This document shows, one piece after another, positions 1-10,832 of a stretch of DNA of 64,000 nucleotides. How positions within the stretch are numbered: the stretch's first letter is position 1; every line of letters begins with the position of its first letter. Below the pieces are notes generated by a model that worked only from the letters and a program-made list of their open reading frames with translations, did not search any database and was not told the origin of the DNA. The stretch is from Candidatus Bipolaricaulota bacterium (GTDB lineage: Bacteria > Bipolaricaulota > Bipolaricaulia > Bipolaricaulales > Bipolaricaulaceae). A program made the position numbers and the translations under genes. The stretch is from positions 1-64,000 of the forward strand of contig CALKES010000016.1 of the NCBI GenBank assembly GCA_938084715.1, read 5' to 3'.

Positions 1-587
1 TCCGGCCGGGGGAAGAAGCTGGCGATCCTCCGATCCCCCGCTTCGTAGAGGTAGCCCGCGGACGGCAGGGCGAGGAGCTCGCGGGCAAACGAAGCGAGCT
101 CGTCGGGGCTGGGGAGATGTCCTAGGTGCGCGGAGGCAGCCCGGCGGAGCTCGGGGCCCAGGCCCGTGACCGGATCGTCGGAGGCCGTGAAGTCCGCCGG
201 CCGAAGCTCGCCTCCCCGAAGCGAAGCGGCCTTCCCCTCCCGGGGGAGGAAGAACAGGTCCCCACCCCGAGGCCGGAGGTCGAGGACGAGGTCTCCCCCG
301 GGAAACCGGAGGCGAATCACCCGATCGAGCCCGGCTTGGTCCAGGGCGAGGAGGGGTTGGCCGGCCAGGGACCGGAGGACCACGCAGAAGGGCGGGGGCG
401 AAGGCGGGGTTGGGGGCCGGAGCTCCGTCCGATGGAACGCCTTTCCCGCCGGGTCCAGGGCCAGGGCCCCCGGGGGAGCATAGAACCGGAGGAAGAAGAC
501 CTCCCCCACCTGGTGAACCTTTGACAGGCGCGCCCCGATCAGGTCCCTGGCCTCCTCGATCGCCTTGCGGAGCTCGATCCCCTCCAC
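1..587 (-). CDS. NFACT/FbpA-family N-terminal domain protein (RqcH/fibronectin-binding protein A-like). This is a 5' partial; the gene runs off the window start.
   Basis: My own reverse-strand translation from a GTG (reverse complement of cac at 585-587) gives VEGIELRKAIEEARDLIGARLSKVHQVGEVFFLRF...PPFCVVLRSLAGQPLLALDQAGLDRVIRLRF. This matches the NFACT-N pattern (L.G.RI.KI.Q...; PP.FCM.LRK.L.G..I..I.Q.G.DR.I...F). The plus-strand ORFs in the track here look spurious. Confidence 0.5.
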   Translation of the reverse strand, partial: MEGIELRKAIEEARDLIGARLSKVHQVGEVFFLRFYAPPGALALDPAGKAFHRTELRPPTPPSPPPFCVVLRSLAGQPLLALDQAGLDRVIRLRFPGGDLVLDLRPRGGDLFFLPREGKAASLRGGELRPADFTASDDPVTGLGPELRRAASAHLGHLPSPDELASFARELLALPSAGYLYEAGDRRIASFFPRP

Positions 588-1005
588 GCGGGGATGTTAC
601 CGGGGCGGAGGGGACGGCAGGGGTGCCCGATGGAGTTCCGCCCCGGGAGGCCCTCCCTGACGCTGCGCCCCCCGACGTGTCCGCGCCAGCACCCGCCATG
701 GGGAATCCGAAGTCCTCCCCACTCCGGTTGACCGCTCCCCCGGCCGCCGGAGGCCACGGAGCGCCCGGGGGAGCACCCTGACTCCTGCCACCCCCGGTCA
801 CTGGGCCACGTTGGCACGAAGGGAGTCCAGCCGTAGCCCCAACCGGGGACCCCCTCCCGAAGAAGTCGAAAGTCGCACCTTCCATGCCCCGGGGAACCCT
901 TTCCTCTTGGGCCCCCGATGGCTATACTTCTCTTACGGCGCGGCACCCGGCCGCTGGTCTGCCGAAGCCCTCTGACCGGGTGTTGAGGTGTCCAGAGGAG
1001 GAGAG

Positions 1006-1633
1006 GATGGGCGGAAAGCAGGTCTTGGCGGCGATGGGTGTTGTGGCGGGGGCAGGGCTTCTTACGGGCTGCTGCCTGTTCAGCGGGATCCCAACGGTCA
1101 CGATCAGTGGACCTTCTACGGCGACGACCGGAACCCCGGTGACGTTCACCGCCACCGCTACGGGCGGGAGCGCGCCCTATACCTACATGTGGAGCGTCGG
1201 GGGTTCCGGCTCGACCGTGGTCCATACCTTCACGGCGGCGGGGAGTCACACGATCGTCGTCACCGTCACGGACAACTGCGGGAAGTCGGCCACCGCGATG
1301 TGGACGGTCACAGTCAGTGAGGGGACGGGCGGCGGTGGCAACCTAACGGGTCTGTGGACGGGCACCCTCTACGAGCAGGGTGTCCCCTGGCAGTTTCAAC
1401 TCCAGCTCAACCACTCCGGGACAAGCGTAGTGGGGATGGCGTTCATCGGGGGGGCGAGCTCGCCGGGGAGCGGCTCCTACGTGAACGGGCAGTTCACCTT
1501 CCAGTTCCAAGCCCCTGGAAGTGCGGTGTTCATTGTCCTCGTCGGGAGCTACAACCCGTATGCAAACGAGCTGTCCGGGGAATGGACCGTGGGGGGTATC
1601 AACTTCGGGTCGTGGCGGGTCCGACGAACGTAG
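1006..1633 (+). CDS. Lipoprotein with a PKD-like Ig domain
   Basis: The ATG at 1006 is preceded by ggaggaggag. The signal peptide has an LLTGC lipobox. The sequence ISGPSTATTGTPVTFTATATGGSAPYTYMWSVGGSGSTVVHTFTAAGSHTIVVTVTDNCG is PKD-like. Confidence 0.6.
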
Positions 1634-1726
1634 GCTAGCCAAACCTCAGGGCGACCAGCCGGATGCTCTGACCACTCGCCGACGCTCCTTGAAGCGGCCG
1701 GCACGCCTGGTAAGCTACTTCCTGCC

Positions 1727-1802
1727 GCCGGCGTAGCTCAGCAGGCAGAGCAGCCGCTTCGTAAGCGGCGGGTCGGGGGTTCGATTCCTCCCGCCGGCTC
1801 CA
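1727..1802 (+). tRNA. tRNA-Thr (anticodon CGT)
   Basis: Hand-folded cloverleaf: acceptor GCCGGCG/CGCCGGC, D-arm GCTCAGCAGGCAGAGC, anticodon stem GCCGC/GCGGC with loop TTCGTAA, T-arm GGGGGTTCGATTCCTCC, discriminator T, encoded CCA. Confidence 0.85.
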
Positions 1803-1853
1803 GGACGCCCGCCCCCGGGCCCTCCCGGGGCGGCCGTCGGGCAGGTGAGCTCC

Positions 1854-2729
1854 ATGGACAAGGGCACGTACCGCGTGAAGACGGGGTTTGCCGAGATGTT
1901 CAAGGGCGGTGTGATCATGGACGTCACCACCGCCGAGCAGGCCCGCATCGCCGAGGAGGCCGGGGCCGTGGCCGTCATGGCCCTCGAACGGGTCCCCGCC
2001 GACATCCGCGCCCAAGGTGGCGTGGCCCGGATGGCCGACCCCCAGAAGATCCGGGAGATCCAAGAGGCGGTCTCGATTCCGGTCATGGCCAAGGTCCGGA
2101 TCGGCCACATCGCCGAGGCCCGGATCCTCGAGGCCCTGGGGGTGGACTTCATCGACGAAAGCGAGGTCCTCACCCCCGCCGATCCTTTCCACCACATCGA
2201 CAAGTGGGCGTTCAAGGTCCCCTTCGTCTGCGGCTGCCGGGACCTCGGGGAGGCCTCGCGCAGGATCGCCGAAGGGGCAGCGATGATTCGCACGAAAGGC
2301 GAGGCCGGGACGGGAAACGTGATCGAGGCGGTCCGCCACATGCGGCTCCTCAACGAGCAGATCCGGCGCCTCCAGGGGATGAGCCGGGCCGAGCTCGTCT
2401 CCTACGGGAAGGAGATCGGGGCCCCCGTGGAGGTCCTTGAACTCATCCAGGAGCAGGGGCGGCTCCCGGTCGTCAACTTCGCCGCCGGGGGAATCGCGAC
2501 CCCGGCCGACGCCGCCCTGATGCGGATGCTTGGGTGCGACGGGGTGTTCGTGGGCTCGGGGATCTTCAAGAGCGCCGACCCGGAGAAGCGGGCCCGGGCC
2601 ATCGTCCAGGCCTGCACCCACTACGACGACCCCGTGCTCCTGGCCGAGGTCTCGACCGGCCTCGGGGAGGCCATGCCCGGCCTGGCGATCGAGGCGATCC
2701 CCCAAGCGGAGCTCATGCAGCACCGATGA
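1854..2729 (+). CDS. pdxS: Pyridoxal 5'-phosphate synthase lyase subunit PdxS
   Basis: Near-identity of motifs to B. subtilis PdxS ([85 protein letters not shown]). Start chosen at ATG 1854 with aggtga 6 nt upstream. Confidence 0.95.
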   Translation: MDKGTYRVKTGFAEMFKGGVIMDVTTAEQARIAEEAGAVAVMALERVPADIRAQGGVARMADPQKIREIQEAVSIPVMAKVRIGHIAEARILEALGVDFIDESEVLTPADPFHHIDKWAFKVPFVCGCRDLGEASRRIAEGAAMIRTKGEAGTGNVIEAVRHMRLLNEQIRRLQGMSRAELVSYGKEIGAPVEVLELIQEQGRLPVVNFAAGGIATPADAALMRMLGCDGVFVGSGIFKSADPEKRARAIVQACTHYDDPVLLAEVSTGLGEAMPGLAIEAIPQAELMQHR

Positions 2730-3295
2730 CGGTCGGGGTCCTCGCGGTCCAGGGGGACGTGCGGGAGCACGTCAGGACCCTGGAGCGCCTGGGGGTAGCC
2801 ACCCGGCTCGTCCGGCGGCCGGAACACCTCGCGGGGATCGCGGGGATCATCCTCCCCGGCGGGGAGTCGACCGCGATGTGGCGGCTCATGGTCCCCACCG
2901 GCCTCGCGGAGGCACTGCAGCAGGAGCTTTGGGCTGGGCTCCCGGCCCTGGGGACCTGCGCGGGGATGATCCTCCTCGCCCGGGAGATCACGAACTGGCC
3001 GGAGCGGTACCTCGGGGTCCTCGATGTGGCGGTGGAGCGGAACGCCACGGGCCGGCAGGTGGATTCGTTTGAGGCAACTTTGTCGGCAGACGGCCTGGGG
3101 GAGATCCCGGCGGTGTTCATCCGGGCGCCCCTCGTCCGCCGGACGGGTCCTCGGGTGGAGGTCCTCGCCCGGTGGGGGGAGGCGCCGGTCCTCGTCCGGG
3201 AAGGGAACGTCCTCGGGGCGAGCTTCCACCCCGAGCTCACCGGGGACCTGCGGGTCCACACGCTGTTTCTGGAGATGTGCAAGGAGGGACGATGA
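2726..3295 (+). CDS. pdxT: Pyridoxal 5'-phosphate synthase glutaminase subunit PdxT
   Basis: [15 protein letters not shown]...[10 protein letters not shown]...[11 protein letters not shown]...FHPELT is a class I glutamine amidotransferase of PdxT type. Its ATG at 2726 overlaps the pdxS stop (ATGA). Confidence 0.9.
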   Translation: MTVGVLAVQGDVREHVRTLERLGVATRLVRRPEHLAGIAGIILPGGESTAMWRLMVPTGLAEALQQELWAGLPALGTCAGMILLAREITNWPERYLGVLDVAVERNATGRQVDSFEATLSADGLGEIPAVFIRAPLVRRTGPRVEVLARWGEAPVLVREGNVLGASFHPELTGDLRVHTLFLEMCKEGR

Positions 3296-4335
3296 AACCA
3301 AAGGTAGCGATCAATGGGCTCGGGCGGATCGGGCGGATCACGCTCCGGATCGTCGCGGCGCGGGGCTGGCCGGTGGACGTGGTGGCGATCAACGACCCCA
3401 ACCTCCCCCCGGCGACGGCGGCCCACCTCGTCCGCTACGACACGGTCTACGGCCGGGCCCCGTTCCCCGTCGAGGCCCAGGAGGGGGCCCTCGTCGTCGA
3501 CGGGCGGACGATCCCCATGTACGCGGAGAAGGAACCCGGGAACCTCCCCTGGGCGAAGCACAAGGTGGACGTGGTGATCGAATCGAGCGGCGTGTTCACC
3601 GACCCGGCCAAGGCCGAGGCCCACCTCAAGGCCGGGGCCCAGCGGATCGTCCTCTCCGCCCCCCCGAGCGGGGAGCGCAAGGGGGAGGTCCTCCAGATCC
3701 TGTGGCGGGTGAACGAGGGGGAGTTCCTCGCCCGGGGCAAGCCCCCCATCGTCTCCGCGGCCTCCTGCACGACGAACTCCCTTGGGCCGGTGGTCAAGGT
3801 CCTCCACGATGCCTTCGGGATCGAGCACGGGTTCCTGACCACGATCCACGGCTACACGGCGGACCAGCGCCTGGTGGACGCGCCCCACAAGGACCTCGCC
3901 CGGGCCCGGGCCGCGGCGGCGAACATCGTCCCCACCTCCACGGGCGCCGCCCGGTCCATCCCCGCGATCTTCCCCGAGCTCAAGGGGAAGATGGACGGGA
4001 TCGCGATGCGGGTCCCGGTCCCCGCCGGGTCGGTCTCCGACTTCGTCGCCCACCTCAAGCGCCCCGCCGGGGCCACCGAGGCGGAGGCCGTGGCCAGGGT
4101 CAACGCGGCATTCGTGGACGCGGCCCGGGGCCCCCTCGGGGAGGTCATGCTCGTGACTCCTGACCCCATCGTCTCCTCCGACGTCCTCGGGGAGGAGCAC
4201 TCCTGCGTCGTGGCCACCGCCTACACGATGGTCCTCCCCAAGGAGCCGTCCGTGGTGAAGGTCCTCGCCTTCTACGACAACGAGTGGGGCTATGCGGCGC
4301 GGCTCCTCGATGTGGCGGCGTTCGTCGCCGCTTAG
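3292..4335 (+). CDS. gap: Type I glyceraldehyde-3-phosphate dehydrogenase
   Basis: INGLGRIGR Rossmann motif, active-site [10 protein letters not shown], and C-terminal WYDNEWGY-like [11 protein letters not shown]. The ATG at 3292 overlaps the pdxT stop (ATGA). Confidence 0.93.
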   Translation: MKPKVAINGLGRIGRITLRIVAARGWPVDVVAINDPNLPPATAAHLVRYDTVYGRAPFPVEAQEGALVVDGRTIPMYAEKEPGNLPWAKHKVDVVIESSGVFTDPAKAEAHLKAGAQRIVLSAPPSGERKGEVLQILWRVNEGEFLARGKPPIVSAASCTTNSLGPVVKVLHDAFGIEHGFLTTIHGYTADQRLVDAPHKDLARARAAAANIVPTSTGAARSIPAIFPELKGKMDGIAMRVPVPAGSVSDFVAHLKRPAGATEAEAVARVNAAFVDAARGPLGEVMLVTPDPIVSSDVLGEEHSCVVATAYTMVLPKEPSVVKVLAFYDNEWGYAARLLDVAAFVAA

Positions 4336-5026
4336 CCGGATCGCCTCGGCCGGCGTCGGGCTTCTCTTCCCCGCGTCCTGCTTCCTCTGCGGGGGCGAAG
4401 TCGCGGGGCTGGAGCCCGTGTGCCCGGACTGCCTGGCGGACCTTCCCCGCTGGGAGGGTGCCGTGTGCGCCGTGTGCGGAATCGGAATCGAAGAGGGGCT
4501 TGACCTCTGCCGCTCCTGCGCGGTGGAGGGCCGGTCCTACGCCGGGGCCCGGTCGGTCGGCCCCTACGATGGGAGCCTCCGTCGGCTCGTCGTGGCCCTG
4601 AAGTACGAGGGGGAACGGGCCCTCGCCCGCCCCTTGGGCGACCTCGTGGCCGAACTTGCTGAGCCGAAGGAAGGGGCGATCGTGACCGCCGTTCCCCCGG
4701 ACCCCAAGAGGCTCCGGGAGCGGGGCTACCACCCGGCCGAGCTCCTCGCCCACCGGATCGCCCGGCGCCTCGGCCTCCCGTACCGAGACCTCCTCCGGAA
4801 GCGGCGGGCGAGCCCGCCCCAGGTGGGGCGGCCCCGGGAGGAACGCCAGCGGGCGATGCAGGGGCTCTTCGCCGCCCGCCTCTCCGGCCGCGGGGAGCCC
4901 GTCCTCGTGGTGGACGACGTGATCACGACCGGGGCCACGGCCGAGGAGGCCGCCCGGGCCCTGGGCGAAGCGGGGTTCGGCGAGATCGGCGTCCTCGCCT
5001 GTGCCCACGCCGTGAAAGGGGGCTAG
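4310..5026 (+). CDS. comF: ComF family protein (phosphoribosyltransferase-domain competence protein ComFC-like)
   Basis: N-terminal LLFP.SC..CG...C..C Zn-finger-like Cys pairs and a C-terminal PRTase motif [13 protein letters not shown]. Start is uncertain: ATG 4310 overlaps gap by 26 nt, and ATG 4292 is an alternative. Confidence 0.65.
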   Translation: MWRRSSPLSRIASAGVGLLFPASCFLCGGEVAGLEPVCPDCLADLPRWEGAVCAVCGIGIEEGLDLCRSCAVEGRSYAGARSVGPYDGSLRRLVVALKYEGERALARPLGDLVAELAEPKEGAIVTAVPPDPKRLRERGYHPAELLAHRIARRLGLPYRDLLRKRRASPPQVGRPREERQRAMQGLFAARLSGRGEPVLVVDDVITTGATAEEAARALGEAGFGEIGVLACAHAVKGG

Positions 5027-5629
5027 GTGGAGATCAAGCGCCTCGTGGTGGGACCTCTGCGGACGAACGCCTACGTCCTCCGCGCTGAGGGGGAGGCGGC
5101 GGTCGTGGACCCCGGGGACGCCTCCCCCCTCCTCCTGGAGGCGTGGGCCGGCCGCGCCCTCCGCTACATCCTCCTCACCCACGGCCACTTCGACCACGCG
5201 GATGGAGCGGAGCTCCTCCACGCTGGAACGGGGGCCCCGATCCTCTACCACCCCGACGAGCGGGCGACGTTTTGGACCATGGGCCGCCAACCCCCCCCCC
5301 TCGCCCGCCCCCTGGGTGAGGGCGATCGGATCCCCCTCGGCGGGGAAGAGCTCCTCGTCTGGCACCTCCCCGGCCACTCCCCGGGGTCCGTGGCCTACCT
5401 CTGGGAGAAGGGCAAGGTCGCCCTCGTGGGGGACGTCCTCTTCGCCCGCTCCGTGGGCCGCTCCGACCTCCCGGGCGGATCCTGGGAAACCCTCGAGCGG
5501 TCCCTCGCCCGCCTCCTCGCCCTGGACGACGACTGGCGGATCCTCCCCGGCCACGGGCCGGCGACGTCCGTCGGCCGGGAGCGGGGGCGGAACCCCTACC
5601 TCCAGGGGATCGGCCATGCCCGGGCCTGA
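5027..5629 (+). CDS. MBL-fold metallo-hydrolase (glyoxalase II-like)
   Basis: HxHxDH motif THGHFDHADGAE, downstream PGHSPGS and PGHGP motifs. GTG start at 5027. Confidence 0.8.
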   Translation: MEIKRLVVGPLRTNAYVLRAEGEAAVVDPGDASPLLLEAWAGRALRYILLTHGHFDHADGAELLHAGTGAPILYHPDERATFWTMGRQPPPLARPLGEGDRIPLGGEELLVWHLPGHSPGSVAYLWEKGKVALVGDVLFARSVGRSDLPGGSWETLERSLARLLALDDDWRILPGHGPATSVGRERGRNPYLQGIGHARA

Positions 5630-7316
5630 GGTCGAGGAGATCAAGAGCCGGATCGACATCGTCGAGCTCGTCGGTCGGTACGTGACCCTCAAGCCCGCCG
5701 GGTCCCACTTCAAGGGCCGGTGTCCCTTCCACCCCGACGACACCCCGTCCCTCCACGTCTCCCCGGAGAAAGGGCTTTGGCACTGCTTCGGCTGCCACGC
5801 CGGGGGGGACGCGATCGGGTTCCTCATGAAGATCGAGAAGCTCTCGTTTCCCGAGGCCTTGAGCCGCCTCGCCGCGGAACTGGGGATCGAGCTCCGGCGG
5901 GAAGGAGAGGGGCGCGCTCGGCTCCTCCAGGTGAACGCCGAGGCGGGCCGGTTCTTCGCCCATGAGCTCCGCAGGCCCTCCGGGAAGAAGGCCCGGGACT
6001 ACCTCCTCGGCCGGGGCCTCCCCGAGGACGCCTGGGACCGGTACCGGCTCGGCTATGCCCCGGAGGGGTGGGACGGCCTCCTCCGGGCCCTGGGGCGGCT
6101 TGGGGTCGAGGCTCTCCGGGAGCTCGGGCTCGTCGTCCCGGGGGAGCGGGGGTACTACGACCGGTTCCGGGACCGGGTCATGTTCACGATCGCCGACGAC
6201 CAGGGCCGCCCGATCGCCTTCGCCGGCCGGAGCTTGGCCGGCGATCCCAAGTACCTCAACGTTCCCAACACCCCCCTCTTCACCAAGGGGACGGTCCTCT
6301 ACGGGCTGGATCTAGCCCGGGACGCGATCCGGGCCTCCGGACGGGCCGTCCTCGTCGAGGGCTACACCGACGTGATCTCCTTCCAGCGGGCAGGGATCGG
6401 GGAGACCGTGGGCTCGATGGGGACGGCCCTCACCGAGGCCCAGGCCCGGCTCCTCGCCCGCTACACGGACCGGGTGGTCATCGCCTACGACCGGGACGCG
6501 GCCGGCGAGGCCTCGGCCCTCCGGGGCCTGGCGATCCTCCGGGGAGCAGGGCTCCGGGTGGACGTGGCCCTCCTCCCCCCGGACGAGGACCCCGACAGCC
6601 TCGTCCGCAGTCACGGCCCGGGGGCAGCCCGGGAAGTTCTGTCGTCCACGCTCCCGTTTCACCAGTTCTTCGTCGAGGCCCTTGCCTCCCGGCACGACCT
6701 CTCGACGGTGGAGGGCAAGGAACGGGCCCTCGCCGAGGCCAAGGGCTTCTGGCCCGAGATCCGCAGCCTCCCCCTCCAGCACGAACTCGCCCGGGAGCTC
6801 GCCTCCCTCCTCGACCTCCGGGAGGAGGAGGTTCGGTCCTACCTCCGTGGGGAAGGCCGCCCCGTCTTGGCCAGGGAGGATCGATCCCGTCCCGGTCCGG
6901 AAGAGCACTTCCTCCACTTCCTCCTCGAGGGGAAGATCCCCGAGGGGGTCCTGGAGGACCTTGACCTCCGAGAGTTCAAGCCCGAATATCGTCCGGTCGT
7001 GGCGAAGTGGGTGGAGCTTTGGCACGGGGGTCGGAAGCCCACGGCGGAGGAGCTGGCGGGGGCGCTTCCGCCCGAGGACGTCTCCACCCTCACCCGGCTG
7101 GCCCTCCTCGACGTCTCGTTTTCCGACGAGGCCCAGGCGGTGGAGGACGCGGTGCGGCGGTTCCTGTACCTGCCGCGCCTGGAGCGGCAGATCGCCGAAC
7201 GGCAGGCGCGGGTTCGTGCCGTGGAGGCGGGGGGGGATCCCGCCGAGGCGGCCCGGCTCCAAGCGGAAATTCGGGCCCTGTGCCAGGAGCGGCTGCGGCT
7301 CCTTCGAAAGAGGTGA
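5616..7316 (+). CDS. dnaG: DNA primase DnaG
   Basis: Zinc-ribbon [32 protein letters not shown]; [19 protein letters not shown]...[11 protein letters not shown]. The ATG at 5616 was verified in-frame by codon counting; it overlaps the end of the upstream gene. Confidence 0.92.
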   Translation: MPGPEVEEIKSRIDIVELVGRYVTLKPAGSHFKGRCPFHPDDTPSLHVSPEKGLWHCFGCHAGGDAIGFLMKIEKLSFPEALSRLAAELGIELRREGEGRARLLQVNAEAGRFFAHELRRPSGKKARDYLLGRGLPEDAWDRYRLGYAPEGWDGLLRALGRLGVEALRELGLVVPGERGYYDRFRDRVMFTIADDQGRPIAFAGRSLAGDPKYLNVPNTPLFTKGTVLYGLDLARDAIRASGRAVLVEGYTDVISFQRAGIGETVGSMGTALTEAQARLLARYTDRVVIAYDRDAAGEASALRGLAILRGAGLRVDVALLPPDEDPDSLVRSHGPGAAREVLSSTLPFHQFFVEALASRHDLSTVEGKERALAEAKGFWPEIRSLPLQHELARELASLLDLREEEVRSYLRGEGRPVLAREDRSRPGPEEHFLHFLLEGKIPEGVLEDLDLREFKPEYRPVVAKWVELWHGGRKPTAEELAGALPPEDVSTLTRLALLDVSFSDEAQAVEDAVRRFLYLPRLERQIAERQARVRAVEAGGDPAEAARLQAEIRALCQERLRLLRKR

Positions 7317-7318
7317 CC

Positions 7319-8380
7319 GTGCCCGACGAACCGGAGATCGTTCCCCCCGAGGGCCGCGAGCCCGCGGCCCTGCCGGAGGACGAGGAGCTCGCGAACCTCA
7401 TCCCCCTCATCGCCGAACTCGCCGACGCCGAGCCCGACGAAGAGCCTGCCGAGCGGGGAAGCGACCCGGTTCGCACCTACCTCCGGGAGATCGGCCGCGT
7501 CCCGCTGCTCACCCGGGAGGAGGAGGTCGAGCTCGCCCAGAAGATCGAGGCCGGGACCGCGGCCCTGGAGGAGCTGAACCAAGGCACCGTGGACCCCCAG
7601 CGGCGGGCGGAGCTCGAGCGGATCCTCCAGGAAGGGGAGGCGGCCCGGGAGAAGCTTGCGGTCTCCAACCTCCGCCTCGTCGTCTCGATCGCCAAGCGGT
7701 ACATGCACCGGGGGATCTCGTTCCTCGACCTCATCCAGGAGGGGAACATCGGGCTCATGCGGGCGGTGGAGAAGTTCGACTGGCGGAAAGGGTACAAGTT
7801 CTCCACCTACGCCACGTGGTGGATCCGCCAGGCGATCACCCGCGCCATCGGGGACCAAGCCCGGACGATCCGCGTCCCCGTCCACACGATGGAGGCGGTG
7901 CAGGAGCTGACCCGGCTCCGGCGGGAGTACATCCGGGAGCACGGGACGCCCCCCACCTACGAGCAGCTCGCGGAGATGCTCGGGACGAGCGTGGACCGGG
8001 TGAAGAAGATCGAGCAGGCCACGGCGTTCACCACCTCGCTGGAGCGGCCGCTGTCGGAGGAGGACGACGAGGCCCTGGGGGACTTCATCGCCGACGTCTC
8101 GGCCCAGTCCCCGGTGCGGGAGGCCCTCCGGGCCAAGCTCCGGGACGAGCTCCGGGAGGCCCTGGCCGAGCTCGAGCCCCGGGAGCGGGAGATCCTCGAG
8201 CTCCGCTACGGCCTCCTCGATGGCCACCCCCGCACGCTCAAGGAGGTGGCCAGCCACTTCGAGATCACCCGGGAGCGGGTGCGGCAGCTGGAGCTGAAGG
8301 CCCTGGAGAAGCTGAAGTACCCCGCTCGGCACCGGTCGCTGCGGTCCCTCCACGAGCTCCTCCTCTCCGAGGAGGAATGA
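7319..8380 (+). CDS. sigA: Primary RNA polymerase sigma factor (SigA/RpoD) with a short acidic N-terminus
   Basis: Region 1.2 [11 protein letters not shown]; region 2 [58 protein letters not shown]; region 4 [23 protein letters not shown] at 7319 (or 7313) lies immediately after the dnaG stop. Confidence 0.92.
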   Translation: MPDEPEIVPPEGREPAALPEDEELANLIPLIAELADAEPDEEPAERGSDPVRTYLREIGRVPLLTREEEVELAQKIEAGTAALEELNQGTVDPQRRAELERILQEGEAAREKLAVSNLRLVVSIAKRYMHRGISFLDLIQEGNIGLMRAVEKFDWRKGYKFSTYATWWIRQAITRAIGDQARTIRVPVHTMEAVQELTRLRREYIREHGTPPTYEQLAEMLGTSVDRVKKIEQATAFTTSLERPLSEEDDEALGDFIADVSAQSPVREALRAKLRDELREALAELEPREREILELRYGLLDGHPRTLKEVASHFEITRERVRQLELKALEKLKYPARHRSLRSLHELLLSEEE

Positions 8381-9285
8381 CGGTTCTCCTGATCCTCGGG
8401 CCCACCGCCGTGGGGAAGTCGGCGGTGGGGGCCCTCGTTGCCGAACAGGCTGGGGCTGAGATCATCTCGGCCGATGCCCGGACGATCTACCGGGGTCTCG
8501 AGATCGGGACCGACCGCCCCCCTCCCGAGGTCCTCGCCCGGGTCCCCCACCACCTGATCGGGGCCCTCGACCCCCGGGAGCCCTACGACGCGGCCCGGTT
8601 CCGAAGGGACTGCGAGCGGCTTGTCGCGGAGATCCACGGCCGGGGGAGACGGGTAGTTATCGTCGGGGGAAGCACGCTCTACATCCGGGCCCTCACCCGG
8701 GGGCTCTTCCCCGGGCCCGCGGCGGACCCCTCGCTCCGGGCCGAGCTCGCCCGGAGGCCCCTTGCCGAGCTCCGGGAGGAGCTTCGGCGGGTGGACCCCA
8801 CGGCCGCGAGGCGGATCGGGCCCGGGGACCGGGTTCGGATCGTCCGGGCCCTGGAGGTCTGGCGCCTCACGGGTCGGCCCCTCTCGGCCTCGTGGGGGGG
8901 GGAGGAGCCCTTCCCTTGGCCCCTGGTGAAGGTCGGGCTGACCCTGGACCGGGCCGAGCTCGGCCGGCGGATCGAGGCCCGGGTGGAGCGGATGTTCGCC
9001 TCCGGGCTCGTCGCCGAGGCGCGGAAGCTCTGGGATTCTGGGCTCTCCCCCGATGCCCCCGCCCTGCGAACGATCGGGTACCGGGAGCTCTTCGCCCACT
9101 TCCGGGGCGACTACGACCTTCCCGAGGCCAAGCGGCGGATCGTCCGGAACACGAAGGCCTACGCCCGGCGGCAGCTTGCGTTCTTCCGGGCCGAAACGGG
9201 CGTCCGCTGGATCGACGTGACCGGACGCGCCCCCGAGGACGCCGCCCGGGAGGTCCTCGCCCGGTGGCGGGAGGCCGAGGGGTAG
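8377..9285 (+). CDS. miaA: tRNA dimethylallyltransferase MiaA
   Basis: P-loop [40 protein letters not shown]. Its ATG overlaps the sigA stop (ATGA). Confidence 0.9.
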   Translation: MTVLLILGPTAVGKSAVGALVAEQAGAEIISADARTIYRGLEIGTDRPPPEVLARVPHHLIGALDPREPYDAARFRRDCERLVAEIHGRGRRVVIVGGSTLYIRALTRGLFPGPAADPSLRAELARRPLAELREELRRVDPTAARRIGPGDRVRIVRALEVWRLTGRPLSASWGGEEPFPWPLVKVGLTLDRAELGRRIEARVERMFASGLVAEARKLWDSGLSPDAPALRTIGYRELFAHFRGDYDLPEAKRRIVRNTKAYARRQLAFFRAETGVRWIDVTGRAPEDAAREVLARWREAEG

Positions 9286-9294
9286 AATCCCCCT

Positions 9295-10827
9295 GTGAAG
9301 CCCGTCCTCGGAGCGGAAGGGGTGCGGGCCCTCGACCGGAAGGCCGAGACCCGGGGAGTTCCGTCCCTCCTTCTCATGGAGTCCGCCGGCCGGGGGGGCG
9401 CGGAGGCGATCCGGGCCTGGCGGCCCGACCTCGCCCGCGGCCGCGTCCTCGCCGTGTGCGGGAAGGGCGGAAACGGGGGCGACGCCCTGTGCGCCGCCCG
9501 GTGGCTGGGGCTATGGGGGGCCGAGCCCAGGGCCGTCCTCCTCGGGGAGCCCGAGGGCCCCGCCGCCGAGGAGGCCGCCGCGTTCCGGGCCACGTTCCCC
9601 GAGAACATCTTCGTCTGGGAGGGCGGTGACGAGGATCTGACCGCCTGGCTGGAGGAGTCCGACCTCGTCCTCGATGGGATCCTCGGGGTCGGGCTCTCCG
9701 GGCCCGCGCGGGGGATCGCCCGGAGGGCGATCGAGACTCTGAACCTTTCCGGCCGGCCCGTGGTCGCCCTCGACCTCCCCTCAGGGCTGGCGGCGGACAG
9801 CGGGCGGATCCTGGGCCCGGCGGTGCGGGCCGACCTCACCCTGGCCATGGGGTGCCTCAAGCCCCTCCACCTCCTTCCCCCCGCGGCCGAGCTGTGCGGC
9901 GAGATCCGGGTCGTCGAGGTGGCTTACCCTCCCGGGCTCTGGGGCGAGGTTGACCCCCTGGCCTGGCTGCTGGAAGAGGGCGACGTGCGGGCGATGCTCC
10001 CCCCGCGCCCGCGGTTCGGGCACAAGGGGGCGTTTGGAAGGGTCCTCGTGGTGGGGGGGTCCGTGGGGATGGCCGGGGCCGCGGCCTTGGCCGCCTCAGG
10101 GGCCCTCCGCGCGGGGGCTGGGCTCGTCCACGTCCTCACCCCCGAGCCCGTGTTCCCGATCGTGGCCGGCCTCGTCCCCGAGGCCCTCGTCCACCCCGGG
10201 AAGGCCCACGGGGGCATGCTTTCCCCGGAGGCCACCGAGGAGGCCCTGGGGTTGGCCGAAGGGAAAGACGTGGCTGTCGTCGGCCCCGGCCTAGGACGCG
10301 GTCCTGGTCCGGCCAAGGTCGTTCGGGCCCTCCTCCGGTCTGGCTGCCGCCTCGTCCTCGACGCCGACGCCCTCTTCGCCCTGGCCGAGGAGCCGGAGCT
10401 CCTTCTGGGCGAGCACGGGGGGCTCGTCCTCACCCCCCACCCCGGGGAGTTCGGCCGCCTCGTGGGGAACGAGCCGCAGGACATCGTCTCCGAGAAGATC
10501 CGCTGGGCGCGGGAGAAGGCGGAGGAATGGAGGAGCACCGTCGTCCTCAAGGGCCCGCCCACGGCGATCGCCGGTCCCAAGGGCGAGGTCTACCTGAGCG
10601 CGACGGGGAACACCGCCCTCGCCCACGGGGGATCGGGCGATGTGCTCGCCGGGATGATCGCCGGCCTGTGGGCCGGTGGGACGACCGCCCGCGACGCGGC
10701 CTGCGGGGCGGTGTTCGTCCACGGCCGGGCCGCCGAGCTCCTCACGGGCAATCTCTCCCCCCGGGCTGTCCTCCCGACGGATCTTCTCGCTGCCCTCGGG
10801 GAGGCGTTGGCCTCGGTGCAGGGTTAG
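9295..10827 (+). CDS. nnr: Bifunctional NAD(P)H-hydrate repair enzyme Nnr (YjeF-N epimerase + YjeF-C ADP-dependent dehydratase)
   Basis: N-terminal VLAVCGKGGNGGDALCAAR (YjeF_N) and C-terminal VVGGSVGMAGAAALA...GSGDVLAGMIAGL (YjeF_C, carbohydrate-kinase fold). Confidence 0.88.
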   Translation: MKPVLGAEGVRALDRKAETRGVPSLLLMESAGRGGAEAIRAWRPDLARGRVLAVCGKGGNGGDALCAARWLGLWGAEPRAVLLGEPEGPAAEEAAAFRATFPENIFVWEGGDEDLTAWLEESDLVLDGILGVGLSGPARGIARRAIETLNLSGRPVVALDLPSGLAADSGRILGPAVRADLTLAMGCLKPLHLLPPAAELCGEIRVVEVAYPPGLWGEVDPLAWLLEEGDVRAMLPPRPRFGHKGAFGRVLVVGGSVGMAGAAALAASGALRAGAGLVHVLTPEPVFPIVAGLVPEALVHPGKAHGGMLSPEATEEALGLAEGKDVAVVGPGLGRGPGPAKVVRALLRSGCRLVLDADALFALAEEPELLLGEHGGLVLTPHPGEFGRLVGNEPQDIVSEKIRWAREKAEEWRSTVVLKGPPTAIAGPKGEVYLSATGNTALAHGGSGDVLAGMIAGLWAGGTTARDAACGAVFVHGRAAELLTGNLSPRAVLPTDLLAALGEALASVQG

Positions 10828-10832
10828 GCGTC

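Noticed and set aside
126-1249. Plus-strand ORFs 126-524 and 410-781, and minus ORF 539-1249
   Set aside because: No homology and low complexity. The reverse-strand frame ending at 587 gives a recognisable NFACT-N domain instead.
1803-1845. GC hairpin (CCCCGGG-ccct-CCCGGGG) after tRNA-Thr considered as a terminator
   Set aside because: No downstream T-run, and pdxS starts ~50 nt later. More likely a processing or structural element, not an intrinsic terminator.
1635-2723. 362-aa minus ORF antisense to pdxS and crossing tRNA-Thr
   Set aside because: pdxS identity on the plus strand is unambiguous, and the ORF runs through a tRNA.
4145-5827. 560-aa minus-strand ORF spanning comF, the MBL hydrolase and the dnaG start
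   Set aside because: Arg/Gly/Pro-rich low-complexity translation typical of antisense frames in 70% GC DNA. It overlaps three well-supported plus-strand genes.
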